Notes: generated from the sequence alone by a model not told the origin. Counted from the stretch's first letter, positions 14,017 through 28,914 are shown. The stretch is DNA of 64,000 nt from Eledone cirrhosa (GCA_964016885.1 OZ024765.1:19282001-19346000), one strand, 5' to 3'. Translations and numbers: made by a program.

Positions 14017-16185
14017 GTGTTGTTGTTGTTGTTGTCACTGGTGGTGGGGCGGGTCACTGGTGGTGGTGGTGGTGGTGGTGGTAGGGGGTGTTGTTGTCAC
14101 TGGTGGTGATGGGGGGGGGGCACTGGTAGTGGTGGTGGTAGGGGGTGTTGTTGTTGTCACTGGTGGTGGGGCGGGTCACTGGTGGTGGTGGTGGTGGTGG
14201 TGGTAGGGGGTGTTGTTGTCACTGGTGGTGGTGGTGGTGGTAGGGGGGGGGGGCACTGGTAGTGGTGGTGGTAGGGGGTGTTGTTGTTGTCACTGGTGGT
14301 GGTGGTGGTGGTAGGGGGTGTTGTTGTCACTGGTGGTGGTGGTGGTAGGGGGGGCACTGGTAGTGGTGGTGGTAGGGGGTGTTGTTGTTGTCACTGGTGG
14401 GGGGGGGTCACTGGTGGTGGTGGTGGTGGTGGTGGTGGTGGTAGGGGGTGTTGTTGTCACTGGTGGTGGTGGTGGTGGTGGTGGTAGGGGGGGGGGGCAC
14501 TGGTAGTGGTGGTGGTAGGGGGTGTTGTTGTTGTCACTGGTGGTGGTGGTGGTGGTAGGGGGTGTTGTTGACACTGGTGGTGGTGGTGGTAGGGGGGGCA
14601 CTGGTAGTGGTGGTGGTAGGGGGTGTTGTTGTTGTCACTGGTGGTGGTGGTGGTGGTGGTGGTGGTAGGGGGTGTTGTTGTCACTGGTAGTGGTGGTGGT
14701 GGTGGTAGGGGGTGTTGTTGGTGGTGGAGGAGGAGGTGATGTTACTGGTAGGGGGGGGGGGGGGGCAATGGTGGTAGCGGGTGTTGTTGGTGGTGGTGGT
14801 GGTGGTGGTGTTTGTGGCAATGGTGGTAGGTGGTGGTGGCAATGGTGGTAGGGGGTGTTGTTATTGTTGGTGGTGGTGGTGATTGTTGGTGTTGATAGTG
14901 TTGCTGTTTGCCTTGCTTATGTTGTTGTAGTGATGGTGATGATGCTGTAGTTGTTGGTGGTGGTGTTGGTTGTGTTGTTGTAGTGATGGTGGTGGTGGTG
15001 TTGGTTGTGTTGTTGTAGTGATGGTGGTGGTGGTGTTGGTTGTGTTGTTGTAGTGATGGTGGTGGTGGTGTTGGTTGTGTTGTTGTAGTGATGGTGGTGG
15101 TGGTGTTGGTTGTGTTGTTGTAGTGATGGTGGTGGTGGTGCTGGTTGTGTTTTGTAGTGATGGTGGTGGTGGTGTTGGTTGTGTTGTTGTAGTGATGGTG
15201 GTGGTGGTGTTGGTTGTGTTGTTGTAGTGATGGTGGTGGTGGTGTTGGTTGTGTTGTTGTAGTGATGGTGGTGGTGGTGCTGGTTGTGTTTTGTAGTGAT
15301 GGTGGTGGTGGTGTTGGTTGTGTTGTTGTAGTGATGGTGGTGGTGGTGTTGGTTGTGTTGTTGTAGTGATGGTGGTGGTGGTGTTGGTTGTGTTGTTGTA
15401 GTGATGGTGGTGGTGGTGTTGGTTGTGTTGTTGTAGTGATGGTGGTGGTGGTGTTGGTTGTGTTGTTGTAGTGATGGTGGTGGTGGTGTTGGTTGTGTTG
15501 TTGTAGTGATGGTGGTGGTGGTGTTGGTTGTGTTGTTGTAGTGATGGTGGTGGTGGTGTTGGTTGTGTTGTTGTAGTGATGGTGGTGGTGGTGTTGGTTG
15601 TGTTGTTGTAGTGATGGTGGTGGTGGTGTTGGTTGTGTTGTAGTGATGGTGGTGGTGGTGTTGGTGTTGGTTGTGTTGTTGTAGTGATGGTGGTGGTGGT
15701 GTTGGTTGTGTTGTTGTAGTGATGGTGGTGTTGGTTGTGTTGTTGTAGTGATGGTGGTGGTGGTGTTGGTTGTGTTGTTGTAGTGATGGTGGTGGTGGTG
15801 TTGGTTGTGTTGTTGTAGTGATGGTGGTGGTGGTGTTGGTTGTGTTGTTGTAGTGATGGTGGTGGTGGTGTTGGTTGTGTTGTTGTAGTGATGGTGGTGG
15901 TGGTGTTGGTTTTTGTTGCTGTTATTGTTGTTACTGTTGTTACTGTTGTTGTTGTTACTGTTGTTGTTACTGTTGTTGTTGTTACTGTTGTTGTTACTGT
16001 TGTTGTTGTTACTGTTGTTGTTGTTACTGTTGTTGTTACTGTTGTTGTTGCTGTTGTTGTTGCTGTTGTTACTGTTGTTGTTACTGTTGTTGTTGCTGTT
16101 GTTGTTGCTGTTGTTACTGTTGTTGTTGCTGTTGTTGTTGCTGTTGTTGTTGCTGTTGTTACTGTTGTTGTTACTGTTGTTGTTC
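14017..16185. repeat. Compound (GGT)n/(GTT)n repeats with a 35-bp minisatellite (about 14960-15910)
   Basis: Direct reading. Confidence 0.9.
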
Positions 16186-16449
16186 AACCCTCAACTCAAC
16201 TGTGGATGTAGTCCAACCATGACCCTCCAGTATTTCAGGTGAGAGAGAGACCGCAATACACGACTACCTTAATATGTCCTTCCTATAATTAAACTTGTAG
16301 GTGTGAGGTATAGGTTCGGCTGCTATTTCTAGCCCCTATGTTACCACATACTGGCCAACAAGTTATCTCCCACTTGTCGAAGTTGTTCTTCCTGTTGTTG
16401 TGGCTGGGGGGAGGGGGCTGTTAGGATAACATAGGCATGAAGAGTGTAA

Positions 16450-16620
16450 ATATATGTGTGTGTATATATATGTATACATACATGCACATATATATGTGTG
16501 TAGGTGTGTGTGTGTGTGAGTGAGTGTGTGTGTGTATGAGTGTGTGTGTGTGTATGAGTGTGTGTGTGTGTGTGTTTATGTGTGTGTGTGTGTGTGTGTG
16601 TATGAGTGTGTGTGTGTGTT

Positions 16621-16664
<44 letters not shown>

Positions 16665-16821
16665 TGTGAGTGTGTGTGTGTATATATATATATATATTTA
16701 TCTATACATACATGCACATATATACATATATGTGTATAGGTATATGTCTGTATATATATCTAGATTTGAGAGGGTTAGGTGTGTGTGTGTGTGTGTGTGT
16801 GTATGAGTGTGTGTATGAGTA

Positions 16822-16852
<31 letters not shown>

Positions 16853-17345
16853 TTATCTATACATACATGCACATATATACATATATGTGTATAGGTATAT
16901 GTATATATGTATGTATGTGTATGTATGAATGTATGTGTGGCTGTTTGTGTGTATGGATGTATGTGTGTGTATGTGTGTAGGTGTATGTATGTATGGATGT
17001 ATGTGTGTGTATGTGTGGCTGTTTGTGTGTATGGATGTATGTGTGTGTATGTGTGTGTAGGTGTATATATGTATGTATATGTATATATGTATGTGTATGT
17101 ATGTATGTATGTATATGTATGTATGTGTATGGATGTATATGTGTGTATGTGTAGCTGTATGTATATATGTGTATAAATATATATGTATGTATGTGTGTGT
17201 ATATGTATGTGTGTATGTGTGTGTAGGTGTATATATGTATGTATATGTATATATGTATGTATGTGTATGTATGTATGTATGTGTATGTATGTATATGTAT
17301 GGATGTATATGTGTGTATGTGTAGCTGTATGTATGTATGTGTATG

Positions 17346-17378
<33 letters not shown>

Positions 17379-17601
17379 GTATGTATGTGTGTGTGTATGT
17401 ATGTATATGTGGGGGGGTTATCTGTGATACAGTAATAAAACTATTTACACATGCATATATATATCTTATCTATATAAATATGGACACATGTACAGAGACA
17501 ATATATTATCTATGTCGCACACACACACACATATATATATATGTGTGTGTGTATGTCTATATGTATATATATATGTATGTGTGTGCGTGTGTTTACATAT
17601 A

Positions 17602-17642
<41 letters not shown>

Positions 17643-17658
17643 ATATGTGTGTGTTTAC

Positions 17659-17698
<40 letters not shown>

Positions 17699-17816
17699 TT
17701 GTGTTTACGTGTGTGAGTGTGTGTGTTTACATATATATGTGTTTACATATATATGTGTGTGTATGTATATGTGTTTACATATATATATATATATGTGTGT
17801 GTTTACATATATATAA

Positions 17817-17854
<38 letters not shown>

Positions 17855-17990
17855 ACATATATATATATGTGTGTGTGTGTGTGTGTTTACATATATATAT
17901 ATATGTGTGTGTGTGTATGTGTGTGTGTATGTGTGTGTGTTTACATATATATATATATATATGTGTATGTGTGTATGTGTGTGTGTTTAC

Positions 17991-18038
<48 letters not shown>

Positions 18039-18110
18039 ACATATATATGTGTGTGTGTGTGTGTTTACATATATATATGTGTGTGTGTGTGTTTACATAT
18101 ATATATATGT
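16450..18110. repeat. (TG)n/(TA)n/(TATG)n compound microsatellite
   Basis: Direct reading. Confidence 0.9.
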
Positions 18111-18267
18111 GTCATTATTTTTTTTTGAAAAAGTTAGTATTTCAAATAAAGTGGATGTCGTCAGTGGAGCTTTAAAAATGTCAGATTTGTGTGTTTGATG
18201 TGAGAGAAGAAGTAAGTCTGCTCACACCAGCTTTGTCTTATATTTACTATCTGTCTAGCTTCTTAGA

Positions 18268-21200
18268 ACCAACACCACCACCTACACCACCTACACAACA
18301 CCCCCGACCTACACCACCACCATCTAAACCACCACCACATACCCTACACCACCACCACCTACACAACACTCCGACCTACACCACCATCACCACAGACCCT
18401 ACACTACCACATACCCTACACCACCACCACCTACACAACACTCCGACCTACACCACCACCATCTAAACCACCACACATACCCTACACCACCACCACCTAC
18501 ACAACACCCCCGACCTACACCACCACCACATACCCTACACCACCACCACCTACACAACACCCCCGACCTACACCACCACCACATACCCTACACCACCACC
18601 ACCTACCCTACACCACCACCACCTACACAACACCCTCGACCTACACCACCACCATCTAAACCACCACCACATACCCTACACCACCACCACCTACACAACA
18701 CTCCGACCTACACCACCACAGACCCTACACTACCACATACCCTACACCACCACCACCTACACAACACTCCGACCTACACCACCACAGACCCTACACTACC
18801 ACATACCCTACACCACCACAACCTACACAACACTCCGACCTACACCACCACCACCACAGACCCTACACTACCACATACCCTACACCACCACCACCTACAC
18901 AACACTCCGACCTACACCACCACCACCACAGACCCTACACTACCACATACCCTACACCACCACCACCTACACAACACTCCGACCTACACCACCACCACCA
19001 CAGACCCTACACTACCACATACCCTACACCACCACCACCTACACAACACTCCGACCTACACCACCACCACCACAGACCCTACACTACCACATACCCTACA
19101 CCACCACCACCTACACAACACTCCGACCTACACCACCACCACCACAGACCCTACACTACCACATACCCTACACCACCACCACCTACACAACACTCCGACC
19201 TACACCACCACAGACCCTACACTACCACATACCCTACACCACCACCACCTACACAACACTCCGACCTACACCACCACCACCACAGACCCTACACTACCAC
19301 ATACCCTACACCACCACCACCTACACAACACTCCGACCTACACCACCACAGACCCTACACTACCACATACCCTACACCACCACCACCTACACAACACTCC
19401 GACCTACACCACCACAGACCCTACACTACCACATACCCTACACCACCACCACCTACACAACACTCCGACCTACACCACCACCACCACAGACCCTACACTA
19501 CCACATACCCTACACCACCACCACCTACACAACACTCCGACCTACACCACCACCACCACAGACCCTACACTACCACATACCCTACACCACCACCACCTAC
19601 ACAACACTCCGACCTACACCACCACAGACCCTACACTACCACATACCCTACACCACCACCACCTACACAACACTCCGACCTACACCACCACCACCACAGA
19701 CCCTACACTACCACATACCCTACACCACCACCACCTACACAACACTCCGACCTACACCACCACCACCACAGACCCTACACTACCACATACCCTACACCAC
19801 CACCACCTACACAACACTCCGACCTACACCACCACCACCACAGACCCTACACTACCACATACCCTACACCACCACCACCTACACAACACTCCAACCTACA
19901 CCACCACCACCACAGACCCTACACTACCACATACCCTACACCACCACCACCTACACAACACTCCGACCTACACCACCACCATCTAAACCACCACCACATA
20001 CCCTACACCACCACAATCTACACAACACTCCGACCTACACCACCACCACCACAGACCCTACACCACCACAGACCCTACACTACCACATACCCTACACCAC
20101 CATCATCTACACAACACTCCGACCTACACCACCACCATCTACACCACCACCACCACATACGCTACACCACCACCACATACGCTACACCACCACCACATAT
20201 GCTACACCACCACTATCTAAACCACCACATACCCTACACCACCACCACCTACACAACACTCCGACCTACACCACCACAGACCCTAAACTACCACATACCC
20301 TACACCACCACCATCTACACAACACTCCGACCTACACCACCACCATCTAAACCACCACCACATACCCTACACCACCACCATCTACACAACACTCCGACCT
20401 ACACCACCACCATCTAAACCACCACCACATACCCTACACCACCACAACCTACACAACACTCCCGACCTACACCACCACCATCTAAACCACCACCACATAC
20501 CCTACACCACCACCACCTACACAACACTCCGACCTACACCACCACCATCTAAACCACCACCACATACCCTACACCACCACCACCTACACAACACCCCCAA
20601 CCTACACCACCACCATCTAAACCACCACCACATACCCTACACCACCACCACCTACACAACACTCCGACCTACACCACCACCATCTAAACCACCACCACAT
20701 ACCCTACACCACCACCACCTACACAACACTCCGACCTACACCACCACCATCTAAACCACCACCACATACCCTACACCACCACCACCTACACAACACCCCC
20801 GACCTACACCACCACCATCTAAACCACCACCACATACCCTACACCACCACCACCTACACAACACTCCGACCTACACCACCACCATCTAAACCACCACCAC
20901 ATACCCTACACCACCACCACCTACACAACACTCCGACCTACACCACCACCATCTAAACCACCACCACATACCCTACACCACCACCACCTACACAACACTC
21001 CGACCTACACCACCACCGCATACCCTACACCACCACCACATACCCTACACCACCACCACATACCCTACACCACCACCAGCTACACCACCACCAGTTACAC
21101 CACCACCACCACCTACAGCACACCACCACATACATATACCCCTCCTACACAACACCACCACCACTTACACAACACCACCATCTACACCACCACCACCACA

Positions 21201-21785
21201 TACATGTACCCTACACCAGTTACACCACCACCACCTTCACCGTCACCACCTACACCACCACCACCACCACTAACACACCAACACCTACACCACCAACACA
21301 ACCACCACCAGCTACACCGTCACCACCTACACCACCACCACCACCACTAACACACCAACACCTACACCACCAACACAACCACCACCAGCTACACCGTCAC
21401 CACCTACACCACCACCACCACCACTAACACACCAACACCTACACCACCAACACAACCACCACCAGCTACACCGTCACCACCTACACCACCACCACCACCA
21501 CCTTCACCGTCACCACCTACACCACCACCACCACCACCACTAACACACCAACACCTACACCACCAACACACCAACACCACCTTCACCACCACCACCAGCT
21601 ACATGTACCCTACACCACCACCACCACCTACCCTACACCACCAGTATCATTACCACCACCACTATCGCTATCACCTCAAACACCATCACCACAACCACCA
21701 ACACCATCACTACCACCACCACTGTCCCCACCACCACACTCACCCCCACCACCACTGTCCCCCCACCCCCACCACCCCCACTACT
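18268..21785. repeat. ACC-rich minisatellites (about 60-68-bp units)
   Basis: Unit cataccctacaccaccaccacctacacaacactccgacctacaccaccac.. in two main variants. Confidence 0.9.
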
Positions 21786-21933
21786 TTACTGTAACAATCA
21801 TTGTTCTATATGTCCCCTAATACTTTCTGGTATGTTTCTATCATTATGTGGTGGTGGAGGGGGAGTATAGAGGGAGTGGTGAGGGCTGAGGAGGGTATAT
21901 AGTACTGCCACCCTCCCATATATATATATATAT

Positions 21934-22044
21934 ATAGGAAAATGTATGACCCCGACGGCAGAGCTCAAGCCGTTTCAACGGCTATTTCTGAAATAGCCGT
22001 TGAAACGGCTTGAGCTCTGCCGTCGGGGTCATACATTTTCCTAT
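21934..22044. repeat. Perfect 111-bp palindrome between (TA)n tracts
   Basis: 55-bp arms around a single T at 21989. Confidence 0.9.
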
Positions 22045-22120
22045 TTCCCACTCTACCACCCTAAGTATTGAGTACTCTGATGCGTTATGGTCCATCTGGT
22101 TCCTTACCACACCTCCTTCG

Positions 22121-22155
<35 letters not shown>

Positions 22156-22205
22156 AGCACACGCACACACACACACACACACATGTACATACACACATAT
22201 ACATA

Positions 22206-22502
22206 GCGTAAAGTTGTGAGTTCAAATCCAGGACTGAGCTTTGTGTTGTGTCCTTGAGCAAGACACTTTATTTCATGTTGCTCCATTTCATTCAGCTGTA
22301 GAAATGAGTCATAACGTCACTGGTACCAAGCTGTATCAGCCATTGTCTATCATTTGGACAACATCTGTGACTGGTATACATGAACGACTGCTGGTCTTCC
22401 ATCACCACATAGTGCTAGAAACATACCACACCTTGCCCAGAAGGGATCTCTCTAGGTGCAAAACTGTGGACATTTGTAACCAAAAGGGGGCCTGATGATG
22501 AT
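22206..22502 (+). mobile_element. SINE (5' eroded)
   Basis: B box gagttcaaatcc, body gtgtccttgagcaagacactttatttca, short (GAT)n end. Confidence 0.7.
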
Positions 22503-22509
22503 ATATATA

Positions 22510-23000
22510 ATCCCGAAACAAGTTTTGTATGGCGAGCTTTGTAAAGATAAGAGACCACCTCCCAAGCCAAGGCTCCGATTCAAGGATTGTGGAAAGGACT
22601 CATTGAAAAAAATGGTTTGATGATGGCTGACTGAAAGATAGGAGCTCTTGAAAGAGAAACTTGGCGTGGAATGGTGAATGATGGGGTCCATAATTTTGAG
22701 GACAGACACATAGAGCACGAGAAGATCAAACAGGATGTGTGTAAGCAATGCCCTGGTGTACCTCTCGAAGCGATCGGTGTCTCCATTGAATTGAAGTGCC
22801 CTGAGTGTGGAAATATTTGCTTGAGCCACAGTCGCTGCCATGTTCAAAGAGAACCAGTGAACTATGATCTCAACAATATTGTGAAGGTTCACAGGCAACC
22901 TGATACAAGACCTCAGGCCTGGGAGATCCATAGTTGTTGTCAGTGTGTGAAGGAGTGCAAGTCTCTAGCAGGCTTCAAAAGCCATATCTGAGGATCACAC
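22510..23000 (+). mobile_element. Degenerate RTE/BovB-like LINE C-terminal fragment
   Basis: Reads PKQVLYGELCKDKRPPPKPRLRFKD, then frameshifted; later CPEC and CxxCxKECKSLAGFKSH zinc-finger-like motifs. Confidence 0.6.
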
Positions 23001-23273
23001 TTCTGAATCAGACAAGCGATTGCAATTCTCTTAGCAGAGTTTGCAGCCATCATATATGTCTATACTCATATATAAATACACATCATCATTGTTTAATGTC
23101 TGCTTTCCCTGCTAGCAAAGGCTAGATGGGTCTAAACGGACCAGGTCAGTACTGAAGCAAGACAACTAAACTCCCAGAGAAGCCGAAGGCTCTGTATCCC
23201 ACTTAAGTGTGGTCATATCACATGCAGAGGAAAAGTTGTCATGTCTTTTGACTCAAACTGAAGGGGTCCTCAC

Positions 23274-23356
<83 letters not shown>

Positions 23357-23679
23357 ATATATATAAGTCTAAGAGAGTATTGAAGTTTGCTTGAAGCATT
23401 GTGGAATAATAAGATTTATTATCTTTTGATCGTTTTGGAAGCCTCAACAATGCAGACGGGTAATTCTCCGGGTAACAGAATCCGGTGGTGAAGAGAGAGA
23501 TGTAAGGGAATATAGAATGAGATGTATAGTGTGTAGAGGAACGTAGGAAAGAGTGTAAAAATAAAAATAATAATCCGAGATAGAGTTACCTTGGGAGAGA
23601 TTTAATTGTCCCTATATTTCGGATTCACATCCATCAACTGGGGAGGGGGGAGGTTACCGGCGAGAGGGGGGTTCAATTA

Positions 23680-23957
23680 TGGTTCAATTCCAGTTCTGCC
23701 AAAACTGGAATTGAACCATCAGCACAGTTGAGGTATGTCAGACATCAATTTATTTTATCTGATGAGGACGCACTTATGAAACAGCTCAGTACCTCTGAAA
23801 TATATATAATAAAATATATTTGATCACATGAATGTCTATATTTATTAATATTTTGAAGTAATATTAATAACTCCAGAAAACCTAACTGTTGAGTGCTTCT
23901 AATCTATTGTAAAACTATATTCATTGATTAATCAATAAACCTTGTTAAACTTTTGGT

Positions 23958-23960
<3 letters not shown>
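23680..23960. mobile_element. Hammerhead-bearing element, family A (left arm mostly missing)
   Basis: High similarity to 9270-9563. Confidence 0.6.
23751..23816 (+). ncRNA. Minimal type I hammerhead ribozyme (stem II partly mutated)
   Basis: Same family as 9354-9423: tattttat CTGATGA ggacgcact..agtacctct GAAA tatata TA ataaaata. Confidence 0.65.
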
Positions 23961-24008
<48 letters not shown>

Positions 24009-24011
<3 letters not shown>

Positions 24012-24340
24012 GCTTAGTGGTTAGAGCATTGGCCTTGCAATCGAAAGGTTGTGAGTTCAATTCTCAGACCGGGTGATGTGTTGTTTCCTTGAGCAAGACA
24101 CTTTATTTCACATTGCTCCAGTTTACTCAGCTGTAGAAATGAGATGATAGGGACCCCAGTACTTATCATTCCACTGTAAAGTGGACGTGGAGGTGCCACG
24201 GCAAAAAAGCACCCAGCACTCACTGTAAATGAGGTTGGTGTTAGGAAGGGCATCCAGCTGTAGAAATCAAGCCAGAATCAGTTCCCATCCCACCCTTGCA
24301 AGCAGGGAAAAGCGGGCGTAAAAATGATGATGATGATGAT
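24009..24340 (+). mobile_element. tRNA-derived SINE with RTE-type (GAT)n tail
   Basis: A box TGGCTTAGTGG, B box GAGTTCAATTC; tail shared with the LINE at 57474-57647. Confidence 0.9.
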
Positions 24341-24414
24341 ATATAAGTTATTCCGGGTTGAATCGGAGGTAACCACAGTAAGTAAGGTACTCAATACATA
24401 GCAGAGTATAAAAG

Positions 24415-24539
24415 TTTTAATATAGAAGAGCTTCTACAGGACTAGAACTGTTTCATTCGTGAGAAATCATCAGGAGCTTCCTGGTGATTTCTCACGAATG
24501 AAACAGTTCTAGTCCTGTAGAAGCTTTTCTATATTAAAA
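24415..24539. repeat. 125-bp palindrome with partial hammerhead cores
   Basis: Arms contain CTGATGA/CTGGTGA tttctcacgaat GAAA; collapsed relatives at about 10135-10220 and 57755-57830. Confidence 0.75.
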
Positions 24540-24595
24540 TATATATATATATACGATATATTAACAAATGGAAACTATATTTATAAAACCATATT

Positions 24596-24660
24596 TATTT
24601 CATTATACATATTTCAAGGACACCAAGTTAAATTATGGTGTGCTTTCATCAGATAAAATA
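24596..24660 (-). ncRNA. Minimal type I hammerhead ribozyme (left arm of fold-back element)
   Basis: Inverted copy of 24789-24853. Confidence 0.75.
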
Positions 24661-24788
24661 TAATATAGATCAGTTTTATAAATAAATATTGACATACCCT
24701 TAAAGAATGCGACCATTAGTGTTGGAAGCTCCCGGATAAGCTTCAATATAGGTATGTCAATATTTATTTATAAAACTAATCTATATTA

Positions 24789-24853
24789 TATTTTATCTGA
24801 TGAAAGCACACCATAATTTAACTTGGTGTCCTTGAAATATGTATAATGAAATA
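24789..24853 (+). ncRNA. Minimal type I hammerhead ribozyme (right arm of fold-back element)
   Basis: tattttat CTGATGA aag-c-acacca..tggtgt-c-ctt GAAA tatgta TA atgaaata. Confidence 0.75.
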
Positions 24854-24980
24854 AATATGGTTTTATAAATATAGTTTCCATTTGTTAATATATCGTATTT
24901 TTACTCCAATAATTTGTTGAGTGCTTTATATCAGTTATAAATATTTGATTGTTGTATCCCAACAATTTAAATAGAACTTC

Positions 24981-25448
<468 letters not shown>

Positions 25449-25696
25449 TCATCATCATCATCATCATCAACGTTTAACGTCCGTGTTCCACGCTTGCATG
25501 GGTTTGGACGGGGGTAGTCCCACTTGAGGCAAGAGTGATTGTCTTGCTCGCATAGGACTGTCTGGCAGGTTTTCTACAGTTGGATGCCCTTCCTAACACC
25601 AACCACATTTACAGTGTGGGTCTGGGAGGTTTTTACCGTGTTGCCTACACGGCCACATTACAGCGTGGACTGTGTGTTTTTTTGTCGTGACACGAT
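25449..25696 (-). mobile_element. RTE LINE 3'UTR fragment (family of 30722-32550)
   Basis: Reverse complement of about 32315-32550. Confidence 0.8.
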
Positions 25697-25731
25697 ATAT
25701 GTATATATATGTATATATATATGTATATATA

Positions 25732-25776
<45 letters not shown>

Positions 25777-26012
25777 ACTAAACTAAAGTTTAAAACCATT
25801 AAAACCTGTTTATATAACAATGCACCTACATACGTTTTACCCAGAATGGGCATATCAAGGGCATGGAAAACAAAAAAGTTATCAATACGGGACCCAGGAG
25901 GGGTTTGAAGCTTAAATTCACATCAGAGCACATCTGCACAAATTATTGGCAACTAAATATATGTATCGCCTATCTTTCCTTTTTTCTCTCTCTCGATACT
26001 TAAACATTCTCT

Positions 26013-26573
26013 ATCATCATCATCATACGTCCACTTTTCCCTGCTTGCAAGGGTGGGACGGGTCCTATTCAGCACAGCATCTCTCCACTCGTCACGGTCC
26101 CTCGTCATCTCCACCGTGAGCTTCAACGATCTGAGGTCTGTTCTCACCACCTCCGCCCATGTTTTTCGTGGTCTACCTCTACCACGTCTTCCTTCAACTG
26201 GCATTTCCTGGCACTTCTTCAACCATCGGTCATCCTCCATGCGCATCACATGTCCATACCACCTCAGTCTCCTCTCCTGCACACTACATTCTATCCCTCT
26301 CAGATAGTTTCTCTCTCAACACATCCATGCTCAGACGCCCACGTACATTGACATTGCACATCCAACGGAGCATGCTTGCCTCATTTCTCTCCAGCCATTG
26401 CATATCTTCTGCAGTTGCTGCCCATGTCTCACTACCATGCAGCATCGCGCTCCTCACACAGGCATCATATAACCAGCCTTTCGTACGCAGGGAGAAACCC
26501 TTCTTCGACAGCAGAGGAAGCAGCTCCCTAAACTTCTTCCAACCCGTCCTTATTCTAGATACTATGGCCTCGA
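26013..26573 (-). mobile_element. 5'-truncated RTE-clade LINE
   Basis: RIRTGWKKFRELLPLL..MLHGSETW..RRLRWYGHVMRM..GRGRPRKTW with a frameshift; (GAT)n tail. Confidence 0.9.
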
Positions 26574-26848
26574 GTATATACATATATATATGTTGTTATA
26601 CTTTGGGAGGGTCATGTTGCCAATAAGAAACACACGCACCAGTTGCATTCACTCCAATTTATTATAAATTAAATTTATAAATTTAAGAACTTATAAATTT
26701 CCGGTTGGTTGGTTGGTTGGTTCCACAACCGGACGGTTGTTCATATATTGTCAAAGTTCTTTTGTCACACATTCTGTGATCTCATCAGTGACTGGGGATT
26801 CTTTTCTTTGTTTTGTGCCTCTCCTTTGTTCTGTCCTACGCCATCTTG

Positions 26849-26938
<90 letters not shown>

Positions 26939-26939
<1 letters not shown>

Positions 26940-27291
26940 GGAGGCACATGGCTTAGTGGTTAGAGCATTGGCTTTGCAATCGAAAGGTTGTGAGTTCAAT
27001 TCTCAGACCTCAGACCGGGTGATGTGTTGTTTCCTTGAGCAAGACACTTTATTTCACATTGCTCCAGTTTACTCAGCTGTAGAAATGAGATGATAGGGAC
27101 TGGGGTCCATATCATTCCACTGCAAAGTGGTCATGGAGGTGCCACGGCAAAAAAGCACCCAGCACTCACTGTAAATGAGGTTGGTGTTAGGAAGGGCATC
27201 CAGCTGTAGAAATCAAGCCAGAATCAGTTCCCGTCCCACCCTTGCAAGCAGGGAAAAGCGGACGTAAAATGATGATGATGATGATGATGAT
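26939..27291 (+). mobile_element. Full-length tRNA-derived SINE
   Basis: Starts ggaggcacatggcttagtgg; A and B boxes; (GAT)n tail; within (TA)n. Confidence 0.9.
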
Positions 27292-27624
27292 ATATATAGA
27301 TATATATATGTATATATATGTATATATATGTATATATATATATATATATATATAACTTCTTTACAGAAGAGAGCCATCTTTCCAATGTTGTGCTGAATAG
27401 CCATGAGATGACAAATGACTCTGCAAATGTGCCTCGTTCCCCCATACCTTTTACAGGTGTGACACACATAAAGCCTTAAGCACTCTCATGTGCTGCTTTA
27501 GTCCAACAACAGACCTTACAAACTGACACGAATACCCCCGCAGGGCCCTAACAGAGGACATCACACATTATATATATATGGTGATGTTGGTGAGGTAATA
27601 TTGTTGTTAGCGGGGATGAGGATG

Positions 27625-27648
27625 GTGTGTGTGTGTGTGCGTGTGCGT

Positions 27649-27694
<46 letters not shown>

Positions 27695-27746
27695 GATTAT
27701 ATATATATATAATTATATATAATTATATATATATATATATGATTAC

Positions 27747-27781
<35 letters not shown>

Positions 27782-27805
27782 GATATATATATATATATAT
27801 ATGAT

Positions 27806-27839
<34 letters not shown>

Positions 27840-27901
27840 ATATGATTATATATATATATAATATATATATTATATATATGATATATATATATATATATGA
27901 T

Positions 27902-27935
<34 letters not shown>

Positions 27936-28870
27936 ATATGATTATATATATATATAATATATATATTATATATATATATATGATTATATATATATATAAT
28001 ATATATATGATTATATATATATATAATATATATATGATTATATATATATATATATGATTATATATATATATAAATAATTATATATATATATATATAATTA
28101 TATATATATATATAATATATAATTATATATATATATAATATATATATATATATATAATATATAATTATATATATATATAATATATATATGATTATATATA
28201 TATATAAATAATTATATATATATATAATTATATATATATATATATAATATATAATTATATATATATATATATAATATATAATTATATATAAATATATATA
28301 TATATGATTATATATATATATATAATATATAATTATATATAAATATATATATATATATGATTATATATATATATATAATATATAATTATATATAAATATA
28401 TATATATATATGATTATATATTTATATATAATTATATATATAATTATATATATATATATAATATACAATTATATATATATATATATATATAATATATAAT
28501 TATATATAAATATATATATATATGATTATATATATATATATAATTATATATATATATATAATATATAATTATATATAATTATATATATATATATAATATA
28601 TAATTATATATATATATATATAATATATAATTATATATAAATATATATATATATATAATATATAATTATATATAATTATATATATATATATAATATATAA
28701 TTATATATATATATATATAATATATAATTATATATAAATATATATATATATGATTATATATATATATATAATTATATATATATATATATAATATATAATT
28801 ATATATATATATATATAATATATAATTATATATAAATATATATATATATATATGATTATATATATATATA

Positions 28871-28914
<44 letters not shown>

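Larger units (their letters stand above)
24552..24980. mobile_element. Fold-back element with two hammerheads, family B
   Basis: About 155-bp near-perfect inverted arms (24552-24897) plus a single-copy tail; relatives at about 10893-11075, 13158-13345 and 51414-51680. Confidence 0.65.

Noticed and set aside
14157-16242. Pro/Thr/His/Asn-rich ORFs, including the 481-aa minus-strand ORF
   Set aside because: The 35-bp unit cycles through all three frames, with no convincing start or splice context; this is repeat-derived.
22671-22991. Host C2H2 zinc-finger gene fragment
   Set aside because: Contiguous with a degenerate RTE C-terminus and lacks splice signals; better explained as LINE-derived.
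23605-23645. Hammerhead-like ttgatg-gatgtgaatcc-gaaa on the minus strand
   Set aside because: Core does not match CUGANGA and stem I is not evident.
26939-27015. tRNA gene
   Set aside because: A and B boxes continue into a SINE body and (GAT)n tail, with several dispersed copies; it is a SINE head.
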